A stretch of 64,000 nt of DNA from a virus, in the IMG/VR virus record IMGVR_UViG_3300029268_000006, positions 1-64,000 of that record, one strand, 5' to 3'. Each line of letters opens with the position of its first letter. Position 1 is the first letter of the stretch. Below the pieces are notes generated by a model. It saw only the letters and a program-made list of their open reading frames with translations. It was not told the origin of the DNA and did no database searches. Below, in pieces: positions 46,665-57,386 of this stretch. The position numbers were made by a program, and so were the translations under genes.

Positions 46665-48773
46665 TTATAAATTATAAGTATTTATTGCTGTTTTATTAGA
46701 TATTTGATAATTTTTTTTAATGGACAGTGTTATGATTTGATTTGTCCAATTATAACCCCCAAAATAACCATTTATCCATTGTCCACCCAAATAAACACCA
46801 TAAAAATATCCTTCGTGAAATACACCATTAAAAAACGCACCACTTGATGGAATGTTTGTAGTTAAACCATAACGATTATTATAAAATTTTCCACCGTAAA
46901 AATCACCATTATACCAATTTATTATTGATGGTGTTAATGTATAACTTGATTCCGGTTCTGGGTTAACATCAGTTGAAATATTATCAGAATTACCAAAAAT
47001 ACCATTATTAAATGTTCCGCCACTCCAATTGATTTGGGGTGGATCATACAAAATTGATGATGATATTTTCATTTTTATGCCCATTGTACCATTATTAAAT
47101 GTTCCATTATACCAATTAACTGCATGAAATGTGGAATCGTTGACAATACCATTTTTCCAAATACCATAAAGCCAAACCGAATTATTAAAATTACCATAAT
47201 TAAAAGTTCCACCACTCCACATACTATTTGTGAAATTACCACCATTAAATATTCCATTTAACCAAAAAGAATTTACAAAATTACCACTATTAAATGTACC
47301 ATTTTTCCATTGCTGTGTAATTCCAGATGATAGAAAAACATTTGTATTATTAACACCTGTATTGAAAATTCCATTATTGAAAATTCCATTATACCAAGTA
47401 CTATTTTCAAAAGTTCCATTATTAAATGTCCCACCTGACCAAATACTATCTTTAAAAATTCCATTATTAAATGTCCCACCACTCCACATACTATTGTCAA
47501 AAGTTCCATTATTAAAAGTTCCATCTGACCATATTGATGACTCTAAAAAATTTTCACCATTAAAACAACCACCCAACCAATTGGAATTGAAAAATTTTCC
47601 ACCATTGAAAGTTCCACCACTCCAATTACTGAAAGAAAAATCGGGATCATCCGGATCTTTAAAAATACTACTATTTCCATTAAATATACCACCCAACCAA
47701 GTACTATATTCAAAAATTCCATTATTAAAAATTCCAGTTACCCATGTTTTTCCATTAAATACCCCCTCATTCCAAATTCCATTATACCATATATTTGGAC
47801 CAAAATTTGTAGTTAAACCACTACCGTACCAAATACCATATTTCCATATTGATTTATTATCTATATTACAATTTATAAAATTACCATATTCAACTGTTAA
47901 TCCCTTAAAATCACAATTTATAAAATTCCCGTTATATATCGTTCCACCAGAAAATGTACAATTTGAATAATATCCATTATTTATTATTGAACAAAAGAAT
48001 TTTGTGTATGATATATAAGTGTAACCATATAAATTATTATTTTTCGTATAATAACTAGTTACAGGGTTTTCTGTTTTTATATTATAATCATATTTTTTAT
48101 ATTTATATGGATTTATAGAAATTGGTGATTTTTTTGTTAAAGATGATAATTGAGAATTAACAGATGTATATTGTGTATCATATTTATCTTTAATATCAAT
48201 ATAATAAGCATTATAAACATTTCCTAAAAGAACACTCGAATTGGTTCCACCACTTAATATAATACACTGTTTAATATCAATATCAATATAAGTATCTGTT
48301 TGACTATTCAAATCTACAGATCTAAAACAAACACCATCGACCCAACCACCATAAAAATTTATTTTATTTATATATATTTTACATAAATAGTGATTATTTA
48401 ATTGAATATTATCCAAATTTGAATTATAATATCGTTTAATTGTTATTTCATTGTTTGATTCGTTGGTGTTCAAAACTTCATAACCTTGACTTGATTTTAA
48501 ATAAATCCAATTTGTATTTCCACTATATTCATAATAATTATCTAATATTGTTTGTCCGGTTCCACTATATCCATTATCATCAAACATTATAAAAACATAA
48601 TCACCTTTATTAATTGACATATTTGTTTCAGTATATAACTTAACATAATTATTATCATTTGATATTACGGGTAATAATTTGACAGAATTTGGTGAAATTG
48701 AATATTTTGTATTATTATTTATATTTAATATTTCTCCAAATTTTTGATTGGATACATTTGTTTGGGTTGTCAT
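46665..48773 (-). CDS. Beta-helix-like protein with W-x-x-G-x-F-x-x-G-x-F repeats
   Basis: More than 20 units such as WSGGTFNNGIF. Confidence 0.75.
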   Translation of the reverse strand: MTTQTNVSNQKFGEILNINNNTKYSISPNSVKLLPVISNDNNYVKLYTETNMSINKGDYVFIMFDDNGYSGTGQTILDNYYEYSGNTNWIYLKSSQGYEVLNTNESNNEITIKRYYNSNLDNIQLNNHYLCKIYINKINFYGGWVDGVCFRSVDLNSQTDTYIDIDIKQCIILSGGTNSSVLLGNVYNAYYIDIKDKYDTQYTSVNSQLSSLTKKSPISINPYKYKKYDYNIKTENPVTSYYTKNNNLYGYTYISYTKFFCSIINNGYYSNCTFSGGTIYNGNFINCDFKGLTVEYGNFINCNIDNKSIWKYGIWYGSGLTTNFGPNIWYNGIWNEGVFNGKTWVTGIFNNGIFEYSTWLGGIFNGNSSIFKDPDDPDFSFSNWSGGTFNGGKFFNSNWLGGCFNGENFLESSIWSDGTFNNGTFDNSMWSGGTFNNGIFKDSIWSGGTFNNGTFENSTWYNGIFNNGIFNTGVNNTNVFLSSGITQQWKNGTFNSGNFVNSFWLNGIFNGGNFTNSMWSGGTFNYGNFNNSVWLYGIWKNGIVNDSTFHAVNWYNGTFNNGTMGIKMKISSSILYDPPQINWSGGTFNNGIFGNSDNISTDVNPEPESSYTLTPSIINWYNGDFYGGKFYNNRYGLTTNIPSSGAFFNGVFHEGYFYGVYLGGQWINGYFGGYNWTNQIITLSIKKNYQISNKTAINTYNL

Positions 48774-48871
48774 TAAATTGGTTACACTTTTTATTGTATA
48801 TATTAAAAAGTGTTTGTTAAATTAAACTTTTTTTATTTTGATAAGTATATTAGAAAAATAATATTTATTGA

Positions 48872-49198
48872 ATGATTAGTCAATCTGAAGAAGAATATAA
48901 AAAATTTCTAACATCTATTTTTGTTGAAAAAAGGGATATTTTTAAAAAAATGATAATTGAAGTTAATAAGGCATTGAAAGATTCCATGAAATTGGATTTT
49001 CAATATAATTATGATGATTTTTGTACAGATTATATGACTGTTTTTATATCTTTTTTTAAAAGACACCCGGATGTGGATTATCTGGATATGAATATGGTAA
49101 CGTTTTATACAAATATTATTTTGGGGGAGATTTTTTTAAAAATAAAAATTAAGTATTCTAACAATGAAGGAAGAAATGTTGATAATGTTGACAAATGA
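48872..49198 (+). CDS. Hypothetical protein
   Basis: Shares Y(D/N)(D/E)FC motif with the next ORF. Confidence 0.6.
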   Translation: MISQSEEEYKKFLTSIFVEKRDIFKKMIIEVNKALKDSMKLDFQYNYDDFCTDYMTVFISFFKRHPDVDYLDMNMVTFYTNIILGEIFLKIKIKYSNNEGRNVDNVDK

Positions 49199-49502
49199 TT
49201 TAGTTGAAAATAGAGAAAAATTTAAAGAAATGAAAGATGATGTTTCTAAATTGGTTGAAAGATATGATGGAAAAGGTATCGATTGGTCATATGATGAATT
49301 TTGTATAAAATTCATCAATAATTTAAAAAGAAAAAATATAAAAACTAATTTTACAGTTGAACAAATGAAAATGGTTTTTCTAGATTGCATGGTGGAAATC
49401 GGAGTTGAAGAATTACACTACCGGGGGAAAGAAAGTGAATCTGAAATATTGTATAGAATATTGAAAAATAAAGAATATGATTATGAAAAATCCAGTATTT
49501 GA
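49164..49502 (+). CDS. Hypothetical protein, probable tandem paralogue
   Basis: WSYDEFC motif. Confidence 0.6.
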   Translation: MKEEMLIMLTNDLVENREKFKEMKDDVSKLVERYDGKGIDWSYDEFCIKFINNLKRKNIKTNFTVEQMKMVFLDCMVEIGVEELHYRGKESESEILYRILKNKEYDYEKSSI

Positions 49503-49507
49503 AAAAA

Positions 49508-50333
49508 TTATAATTTCAATTTAATATTTGATATATCAAATTCAGAATTATTTTGTTTAATAATCCAAAAATTTCTTTTTACGAATCTATAATTTTTTAT
49601 CGCATCATATACATTTCTTGTACATATACCAACAAATTTTGAACATTCTTCAACATTATTAAAATTATTAATTATTTCTAAATTTTGATTTAATAGATAT
49701 AATGGTGTTTCATGACTTCTAATACCTAAGTGAGATTTACTTATTTTTTCTTTGGTAATATCTGAATGTTTTCTTCCTGTTTGTGATATACTCATTTTTT
49801 TCTTCGTTTCATTGGAAATTTTCCCCCCTACTTTTCCAAGATTCAATCATTTTTGATTTGGTTTCCATAGAATGTTTTTTACCATAAAAATGATTATTAT
49901 TACCGATTGTAGAATTTCTAATTTTTTCAATTGTTTTATTTGAAACTTCTTTATTTAAATTTATTTGTCTTAGTTTTTCTTTTGTAATATCACTAACTTT
50001 ACTATTTTTTCCTCCGGGTCTAATATTATATCCAATTTTTTTATCTGTTGATTTATAAAATTCTATATAATATAATTCTTTTTCATTTAATTCTTCAATT
50101 GAATTTGCATAATATAAAATTTCACACTGAAAATTTTTATATCCATATTTGTGAATAGATTTCGATATTATTTGTTTGGAATTTTTTTTGGAATTTTTGT
50201 GTTTATTTAGTCTTGATTTTAAATTTATTGATTGTCCAATATATATTTTATTATTGATATTATTTTTTAATAAATAAATTGTAAAATTTGTTTTATTTTC
50301 TAATAAAAAATTATCAATTAAACTTATCATCAT
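49508..50333 (-). pseudogene. GIY-YIG/NUMOD3 endonuclease split by a 1-nt frameshift in a G6 run
   Basis: TIY...KIYIGQS; removing one G at 49823-49828 joins 49809..50333 to 49508..49846 (SRGKISNETKKKM). Confidence 0.75.
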
Positions 50334-50550
50334 AATATTTATATATTAAAAAATAAATTGAAAATAAATTAAAAAAACACCAATTTGGACCGATTAAATT
50401 TAATATATAAAAAAGCCTATTATAATTTTTAAACTTTTTTGTTTTGATGTTATAAAAGGTTTTGAAAGGCAATTTTTAAATTTTTAGGATTAATTGGCTT
50501 AACGAAAGACTTCACATTTAAAGGCTTTCTAAAAAACAATCAAAGCATGT

Positions 50551-51558
50551 ATGGAATACAAGGAATTTGATGACAAATTTTTGTTCGAATCTGACGCAGA
50601 TCAACAAAAAGAAGAAATGAGTTTTCTTAATAAGAAAACTAAAAACCAAGACGGTATTTATCGTCCAACACTCGAAGAAGCCGCTGATGTAAAAGTGGGC
50701 TACAAATCAAAAATTCGTTTTCTTCGTAATTTAACTAGAGGTGGTAAATTAGGACCAGCTTCAGTTGAAAAACATGTGCATTATGTTGCACGTGGACCAT
50801 TTGACAATCATCCTGATTTAATCGGGTATTATGATTGTGAACGTAATTTTAAAGAAAAATGTGATCTTTGCACAATGTTTTGGAAATTGAAAAAATCTAA
50901 AAATCAAGCTGATGTTGAAAAGGCAGAACTGTTGAATAGGAATACTAAATATTACAGTTATGTTGAAATAATTGAAGATGTTCAACACCCAGAATTGGTT
51001 GGAAAGATTTTAGTTTTCCCTTACGGGTACAAAATTAAAGAGAAGATTAATCTCGAAATGACAGGTGAAGTTACCGGAACGAAGTGTAATATTTTTGATT
51101 TCGCGAAAGGAAAAGATTTTATCTTAATCATTAAAGAAAGAAAAACGGCAGTTGGTACTTTCCCAGACTATGATAATAGTACATTTTTGGAATCATCACC
51201 ATTAAAAATCTATAACGAAAAATCACAAAAATTTGTGGCAGTTCAATTAGATGAAAATAATGAAATTTCTGATAAGAAATGGCAATCAAAAATTAGAGAA
51301 GTTCTTTTGGGTCGTGATGAAAAAGTAAATATTGAAGATCATATTCCCAACAAGGAATGGACTGATGAAGAAAGAGATAAAGTTGGTAGGATTATCAATG
51401 TGTTAAATGGATCTGATGTATTTGCAGCAGAATCGGCAACCAGAGAAGTACGTAATACTAACCCATCCACAACATCAAAACCACAATCACAATCAGTTGT
51501 GGCTGATGCTGAACTTGACGATTTTTTTAATTTCGCAGAAGCTGAAGATGAAAAATAA
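50551..51558 (+). CDS. gp32: Single-stranded DNA-binding protein (gp32-like)
   Basis: KIRFL, C..C zinc ligands, KYYSYV.II.D..HPE..GKI.VF.YG.KI, G.DF.L, PDYD.S.F; acidic tail LDDFF. Confidence 0.85.
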   Translation: MEYKEFDDKFLFESDADQQKEEMSFLNKKTKNQDGIYRPTLEEAADVKVGYKSKIRFLRNLTRGGKLGPASVEKHVHYVARGPFDNHPDLIGYYDCERNFKEKCDLCTMFWKLKKSKNQADVEKAELLNRNTKYYSYVEIIEDVQHPELVGKILVFPYGYKIKEKINLEMTGEVTGTKCNIFDFAKGKDFILIIKERKTAVGTFPDYDNSTFLESSPLKIYNEKSQKFVAVQLDENNEISDKKWQSKIREVLLGRDEKVNIEDHIPNKEWTDEERDKVGRIINVLNGSDVFAAESATREVRNTNPSTTSKPQSQSVVADAELDDFFNFAEAEDEK

Positions 51559-51581
51559 ATAAGATTATTTTTCTAAAATAG

Positions 51582-51615
51582 AAAAGGACTGAATTAACAT
51601 TCAGTCTTTTTTTTT
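51582..51615 (+). terminator. Rho-independent terminator
   Basis: GGACTGAAT-TAAC-ATTCAGTCT followed by T-run. Confidence 0.8.
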
Positions 51616-51760
51616 GAAATACGAAAAAAATTTAGTTCGTGCCGTAAGGAATTTTTAACTAAAAAAATTTTAAATATTTTTAAAACAAAAATGTAAAAGT
51701 GAAATATAATAAATTATATTTCAAAAAACCATTTAAGTTTAAAAAATAATTACAAATTTA

Positions 51761-52456
51761 ATGATTAAACCCATCGATGAAATTGAAAAAAATGAAGAAG
51801 ATACTATATGGGATGACATAGAAAATAAATTAGACACAGTTCAAAATGAAGAAATAGAAGATATATTAATTGATAATAGTGAGATGGGGGAATTAGAACA
51901 AGATGATATAATAAGTAATATAAATGATGAATCTGAAAGTGATTTAGATATTTATTTTAAATTCGGTACAAATAATCATAAATTAGATGGAAAACATAGC
52001 TTAAAAAGAGATACAATTTTAAATGGTAAAGTGGATGAGGTGGAAGTGGAGGGAATGGAAACTTATAAACAAGATATGGATTATTTTTCATCACACGATC
52101 CAGTAGAACATGGATCAATTTTTGAAGATGAAAGTAGAAATAATGAAGAATTAGCGAATAGAAGAAATTTATCACAAGATATTTATACAATTTTAAAAGA
52201 AAAAACAAATATAGATTTTAATGTGAATCGTAGAAAACCAAATAAAATAACATTCAATTCGTATTATAAAATGTTATTAAATGACGTTGGAAAAACATAT
52301 ACTAAATCGGAAATATTTGTGGAATTGGCGTATTATTTCACAGATAATATTTTCAATATGTATAAACTTTTGGATAAGAAATATGCTATCGGTATTATTG
52401 AAGAATTAAGAGATAAGGGTTATTTATCTAATCTTAAATCAATAAATTTCATGTAA
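51761..52456 (+). CDS. Hypothetical acidic protein
   Basis: ORF only. Confidence 0.7.
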   Translation: MIKPIDEIEKNEEDTIWDDIENKLDTVQNEEIEDILIDNSEMGELEQDDIISNINDESESDLDIYFKFGTNNHKLDGKHSLKRDTILNGKVDEVEVEGMETYKQDMDYFSSHDPVEHGSIFEDESRNNEELANRRNLSQDIYTILKEKTNIDFNVNRRKPNKITFNSYYKMLLNDVGKTYTKSEIFVELAYYFTDNIFNMYKLLDKKYAIGIIEELRDKGYLSNLKSINFM

Positions 52457-53530
52457 ATGAATAAAACAGAAAATTTTATTAAAAAATCTATTGATATTCA
52501 TGGTAATTTATATGATTATTCATTGGTTGAATATATTAATAATAATACCAAAGTAAAAATTTTATGTAATGAACATGGTGAATTTAAACAAAAACCAGTA
52601 AATCATATATATTTTAAATGTGGTTGTCCTAAATGTGCAGGAAAAAATATAACTACACAAGAATTTATAGAAAAATGTAATAAAATTCATGGTAATTTAT
52701 ATGATTATTCATTGGTTGATTATAAAACAATGCACATTAAAATAAAGATAATATGTCCAGAACACGGTATTTTTGAACAAACACCATCTAATCATATTCA
52801 TCATGGATGTAAAAAATGTTTTTTTGATAAAAAGAGAAATAATGAAAAAATAATAATTGAAAAATTCAAAAAATTACATAATAATTTATATGATTATTCA
52901 TTGATTGATTATAAAACTATGAATACCAAAATAAAAATAGTTTGTTTAAAACACGGTATTTTTGAACAAACACCAGTGAATCATTTACAAGGTAAAGGAT
53001 GTTATAAATGTTCACCAAATAGTAAAAAAGATATTTTTTTAATTTTAGAAAAATTAAATGAATTACATAATAATAAATATAATTATGATATGAATTTTAA
53101 TAAAACTTCAAATAAAATTGAAATTTTATGTGACAAACACGGTATTTTTTACCAAACACTAAATAATCATTTGGATGGTCATGGGTGTCCTTTTTGTAAT
53201 GAAAGTAGTGGTGAAAAGAAAATTAATCAATATTTAAGTGAAAAAAATATAAAATTTGAAAGACAAAAAACATTTTCATCTTGTAAAGATAAAAGAAAAT
53301 TACCATTTGATTTTTATTTATGTGATTATAATTTATGTATTGAATATGATGGTGAACAGCATTTTATGATTGTGGAAGAATGGGGTGGTGAAGAAAAATT
53401 TTTAATTATTAAAAAACATGATGAAATAAAAAATGAATTCTGTTGGAAAAATTCAATAAAATTATTGAGAATTAATTATGAAGAAAAAATAGAAGAAAAA
53501 ATATCTAATTTTTTTTTAGACATTCTTTAA
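52457..53530 (+). CDS. Homing endonuclease-like with YDYS.V.Y...C..HG.F repeats
   Basis: Four repeats plus LPFDFY...CIEYDG.QH nuclease motif. Confidence 0.85.
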   Translation: MNKTENFIKKSIDIHGNLYDYSLVEYINNNTKVKILCNEHGEFKQKPVNHIYFKCGCPKCAGKNITTQEFIEKCNKIHGNLYDYSLVDYKTMHIKIKIICPEHGIFEQTPSNHIHHGCKKCFFDKKRNNEKIIIEKFKKLHNNLYDYSLIDYKTMNTKIKIVCLKHGIFEQTPVNHLQGKGCYKCSPNSKKDIFLILEKLNELHNNKYNYDMNFNKTSNKIEILCDKHGIFYQTLNNHLDGHGCPFCNESSGEKKINQYLSEKNIKFERQKTFSSCKDKRKLPFDFYLCDYNLCIEYDGEQHFMIVEEWGGEEKFLIIKKHDEIKNEFCWKNSIKLLRINYEEKIEEKISNFFLDIL

Positions 53531-53564
53531 AAATTATTATATAAATAAAAAATAAATATATTTT

Positions 53565-54746
53565 ATGGATAGAAAAAACGTATTCGACTCAACTTTGAAA
53601 TATTTTAATGGAGATACTTTAGCAGCTGATGTTTGGGTGAATAAATATTGTTTAAAAAATGTTGAAAATGGTGAAATAGTATATTATGAAAATACACCCG
53701 ATGATATGCATCGAAGAATATCAGATGAATTATATAGAATTGAAAACAAATATAAAAATCCTCTTGAAAAAGAAAAAATATTTGATTTACTTAAAAATTT
53801 TAAATATATTATACCACAGGGATCTCCAATGTCTGGTATAGGTAATAATTTTCAAATAGTGAGTTTAAGTAATTGTTTTGTCATTGGACATGAATATGAT
53901 TCATATGGTTCCATTATCATGTGTGATGAAGAACAGATTCAATTGATGAAAAGAAGGGGTGGTGTAGGACACGATTTATCACATATCAGACCAACAGGAA
54001 CCGTAGTTCAAAATTCCGCGTTGACATCAACTGGTATTGTTCCGTTTATGGAAAGATATTCAAATTCAACAAAAGAAGTGGCACAGGATGGTAGAAGAGG
54101 AGCTTTAATGCTTACAATTTCAGTCAAACATCCGGACGCTGAAAATTTTATTGATGCAAAACTAGAGCAAGGAAAAGTGACAGGTTCAAATATTTCAATA
54201 AAAATTGATGATGAATTTATGAATTGTGTTTTAAATGATACACCATATATTCAAAAATTTCCAATAAATTCAGACAATCCAAAGGTTACTAAAAGTATCG
54301 ATGCTAAAAAATTATGGAAAAAAATAATTTACAATGCATGGAAATCAGCAGAACCGGGGGTTTTATTTTGGGATACTGTTATTAGAGAATCTGTTCCAGA
54401 TTGTTATAAAGAAGATGGTTTCACTACAATCAGTACTAATCCTTGTTTATCTGGTGATTCTCTTATTACAACAACAAAGGGTGAAATATCAATTAAAGAA
54501 ATTTTTAATAATTTCAAAAATGAAAAATATCAAGTTTTAACATATAATGAAAAAAATAAAAATTTAGAATATAATAATGTATCTGATGCTATTTTAACAA
54601 AAAGAAATGCCAATATAATAGAAATTGAATTAGTTGATGGAACTACATTAAGATTAACACCAGATCATAAAGTTTATACGAAAAATAGAAAATGGATAGA
54701 AGCATCAAAATTAACAAATGATGATATATTAATAAAAATAGATTAA
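53565..54746 (+). CDS. nrdJ: Class II ribonucleotide reductase N-terminal part ending in N-intein
   Basis: SLSNCFV, GGVG, AEPG, STNP followed by CLSGDS. Confidence 0.95.
   Translation: MDRKNVFDSTLKYFNGDTLAADVWVNKYCLKNVENGEIVYYENTPDDMHRRISDELYRIENKYKNPLEKEKIFDLLKNFKYIIPQGSPMSGIGNNFQIVSLSNCFVIGHEYDSYGSIIMCDEEQIQLMKRRGGVGHDLSHIRPTGTVVQNSALTSTGIVPFMERYSNSTKEVAQDGRRGALMLTISVKHPDAENFIDAKLEQGKVTGSNISIKIDDEFMNCVLNDTPYIQKFPINSDNPKVTKSIDAKKLWKKIIYNAWKSAEPGVLFWDTVIRESVPDCYKEDGFTTISTNPCLSGDSLITTTKGEISIKEIFNNFKNEKYQVLTYNEKNKNLEYNNVSDAILTKRNANIIEIELVDGTTLRLTPDHKVYTKNRKWIEASKLTNDDILIKID
54444..54743 (+). mobile_element. Split intein N-fragment (NrdJ), 100 aa
   Basis: Block A CLSGDS; block B LTPDHKV. Confidence 0.9.
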
Positions 54747-54748
54747 TA

Positions 54749-54796
54749 AATCCATGTGATTATTTTATATATAGGTATAAAATAATCACATGGATT
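54749..54796 (+). promoter_or_regulatory. Perfect 21-bp hairpin before the endonuclease start, with TATATA in the left arm and loop
   Basis: AATCCATGTGATTATTTTATA-TATAGG-TATAAAATAATCACATGGATT. Confidence 0.85.
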
Positions 54797-55562
54797 GATG
54801 GAAAAAATATTATCCTTTTTTAATGATGTAAAATTAAAAAAATTTAAAACAAGAAATGGTGGTTCAATTTATCATGATAAAGACAAAATAAAATCAGATA
54901 TTAGATATGATTTGGTTAAAGAATTTATAGAAAAAAATTATTATACTAATGGTATGGGAATAAAATCAATTATTAAAAAATATAATTTACCAATTACATA
55001 TTCTATTTTAAGATTTTATTTTATAAATTTTTTTAAAATTAAAATTAGAGATAATAAAGAAATAACAGATTTTATAAGAAAATCAAGAAGAGAAAAGGCA
55101 ACATATGAACGAGATAATAAAATTGGGTTTTTTAATCAAAATTTACAAGATAACCTTAAAATTAGAAATAGTACAATAAGAGGGATACAAGGTTATTATT
55201 TTAATATTTCATTAAATAAATATGTATGGTTGAGAAGTTCTTGGGAATATATTTTTGCGAAATGGTTAGATAAAAATAATTATAAATGGGATGTCGAAAT
55301 TAAAACTTTTGAAATTTCGAATAATAAAAAATATAGACCCGATTTTTTTATATTTGATAATAATGATAATATTATTAAAATAATAGAAGTTAAAGGTTAT
55401 TGGAAAGATAAACTTTATAAATTTGTAGAACTAAAAAATATGTTAAATAAATCTAATATTGAATTTATTTTGGTTGATAAAATAAAAACATATTCATATA
55501 ATGGATTTAAACAAGATTTGAATAATTGGAAAAGAGAAAGAATTTTGGATTTAAAAAAATAA
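54795..55562 (+). CDS. Free-standing PD-(D/E)XK endonuclease inside nrdJ
   Basis: WLRSSWE...YRPDFF...IIEVKGYW. Confidence 0.85.
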   Translation: MMEKILSFFNDVKLKKFKTRNGGSIYHDKDKIKSDIRYDLVKEFIEKNYYTNGMGIKSIIKKYNLPITYSILRFYFINFFKIKIRDNKEITDFIRKSRREKATYERDNKIGFFNQNLQDNLKIRNSTIRGIQGYYFNISLNKYVWLRSSWEYIFAKWLDKNNYKWDVEIKTFEISNNKKYRPDFFIFDNNDNIIKIIEVKGYWKDKLYKFVELKNMLNKSNIEFILVDKIKTYSYNGFKQDLNNWKRERILDLKK

Positions 55563-55569
55563 TTTTAAT

Positions 55570-55680
55570 ATGAAAGAGATAAAAATTAAAAAAATAAACA
55601 TTAAACAAAATGATGATGTATATGATTTAAAAATAGAAAATAATCATAACTTTTTTGCAAATAAAATATTAGTTCACAAC
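55570..55680 (+). mobile_element. Split intein C-fragment (NrdJ), 37 aa
   Basis: Terminal HN; +1 is the Cys of NPCGE. Confidence 0.9.
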
Positions 55681-57333
55681 TGTGGTGAGATTCCATTATG
55701 TCCAAATGATTCTTGCCGCTTATTGGCAATAAATTTATATAATTTTGTAAAAAATCCATTTACTAAAGATCCAATTTTTGATTGGGAATGGTTTAAAAAA
55801 TGTGTTTTGTATGCAGAAAGATTCATGGATGATATTATAGATTTGGAAATTGAAAAAATTGAAAAAATTATTGAAAAAATAAAATTAGATCCAGAACCAG
55901 AATATATGAAAAAAGTGGAAATGGAAGTTTGGAATAAAATTATGAATATGACTAAAAAAGGTCGTAGAACTGGATTGGGTGTTACAGCAGAGGGAGATAT
56001 GTTAGCTGGTATGGGTTTAATTTATGGAACCCCGGAAGCAACTGAATTTTCAACTAAAATTCATAAAACACTCGCAATCGAAGCTTATCGTTCATCCTGT
56101 ATTTTAGCTAAAGAAAGAGGTACATTTCCTATATATGATTACAATAAAGAAATAAATAATCCATTTATTAGCAGATTAAAAAATGATGATCCAGAATTGG
56201 ATGAAATGTTAAAAAAATATGGAAGAAGAAATATATCATTACTTACAATTGCACCAACCGGCAGTGTGAGTATTTTAACACAAACGACATCAGGTGTCGA
56301 ACCTGTTTTTCTTGTGTCTTATAAAAGAAGAAGAAAAATAAATCCATCAGATAAAGATATGATGGTGAATTTTGTTGACGATGAGGGAATTAAATGGCAA
56401 GAATATAATGTATTTCATCATAAATTTGAAGTTTGGTTGAAAAACAATGGATATAATATCGATGAAGTGAAACTTATGAAGGAAGAAGATTTGAAAGAAA
56501 TAATCAAATTATCACCTTACTATAAAGCAACATCAAATGATGTTGATTGGGTTGAAAAAATTAAAATGCAAGGTAGTATTCAAAAATATGTCGATCATTC
56601 TATTTCAGTAACAGTAAATTTACCGAAAACTGCAACAGAAGAAATGGTTTCCCAAGTGTATGAAACCGGATGGAGTAGTGGGTGTAAAGGCGTTACTGTA
56701 TATAGAGATGGTTCAAGACAGGGTGTTATTATTTCTAATGAAAGTAAAGATAAAAAAACATCAACAAATAATATTCCAAAAAGGCCAGTAAAATTACAAT
56801 GTGATGTACTTAGATTTGTAAGTAGAGGTAATAAATGGGTTGGTTTTGTTGGTTTAATGGAAGATACTGATGAAACCTATCCATATGAAATGTTTACTGG
56901 ATTGGCTGATGATTTTGTTATTCCTAATTATGTCGAAAAGGGTTTTATTAGAAAGGAAAAAATAAAAGATAGTGAAAACAATTTAATTTCCAGATACGAT
57001 TTTATTTACCATGATAAAGATGGATTTGAAGTGACAATGCAGGGTCTTAATCGTGCATTTGATAGAGAATATTGGAATATTGGTAAATTATTAAGTGGTT
57101 TACTTCGTCATAGAATGCATTTTCCATCAATTATAAAAATCATAGAATCTTTAAAATTAGACGGTGATACTTTGGGTACTTGGAAAAAAGGTGTTATCAG
57201 AATTTTAAAAAGATATATCAAAGAAGGTGAGATGGAAACTGATGAAGAATGTCCAATTTGTAAATCTAAAAATTTGGTTCATAAAGAAGGTTGTGTTTCA
57301 TGTTTGGACTGTCAATGGTCGAGATGTTCTTGA
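55570..57333 (+). CDS. nrdJ: Class II RNR C-terminal part beginning with C-intein
   Basis: 37-aa IntC (VYDL...NFFANKILVHN), then CGEIPL, IAPTGS and C-terminal zinc ribbon. Confidence 0.95.
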   Translation: MKEIKIKKINIKQNDDVYDLKIENNHNFFANKILVHNCGEIPLCPNDSCRLLAINLYNFVKNPFTKDPIFDWEWFKKCVLYAERFMDDIIDLEIEKIEKIIEKIKLDPEPEYMKKVEMEVWNKIMNMTKKGRRTGLGVTAEGDMLAGMGLIYGTPEATEFSTKIHKTLAIEAYRSSCILAKERGTFPIYDYNKEINNPFISRLKNDDPELDEMLKKYGRRNISLLTIAPTGSVSILTQTTSGVEPVFLVSYKRRRKINPSDKDMMVNFVDDEGIKWQEYNVFHHKFEVWLKNNGYNIDEVKLMKEEDLKEIIKLSPYYKATSNDVDWVEKIKMQGSIQKYVDHSISVTVNLPKTATEEMVSQVYETGWSSGCKGVTVYRDGSRQGVIISNESKDKKTSTNNIPKRPVKLQCDVLRFVSRGNKWVGFVGLMEDTDETYPYEMFTGLADDFVIPNYVEKGFIRKEKIKDSENNLISRYDFIYHDKDGFEVTMQGLNRAFDREYWNIGKLLSGLLRHRMHFPSIIKIIESLKLDGDTLGTWKKGVIRILKRYIKEGEMETDEECPICKSKNLVHKEGCVSCLDCQWSRCS

Positions 57334-57386
57334 TTTGAGAACAAAATTTTTGGGATAATTATGTCCAAATTTTTGTATACATATCA

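Noticed and set aside
47230-47970. 246-aa plus-strand ORF (also 8818..9252, 63041..63562 and similar)
   Set aside because: Antisense shadows of repetitive or AT-biased genes.
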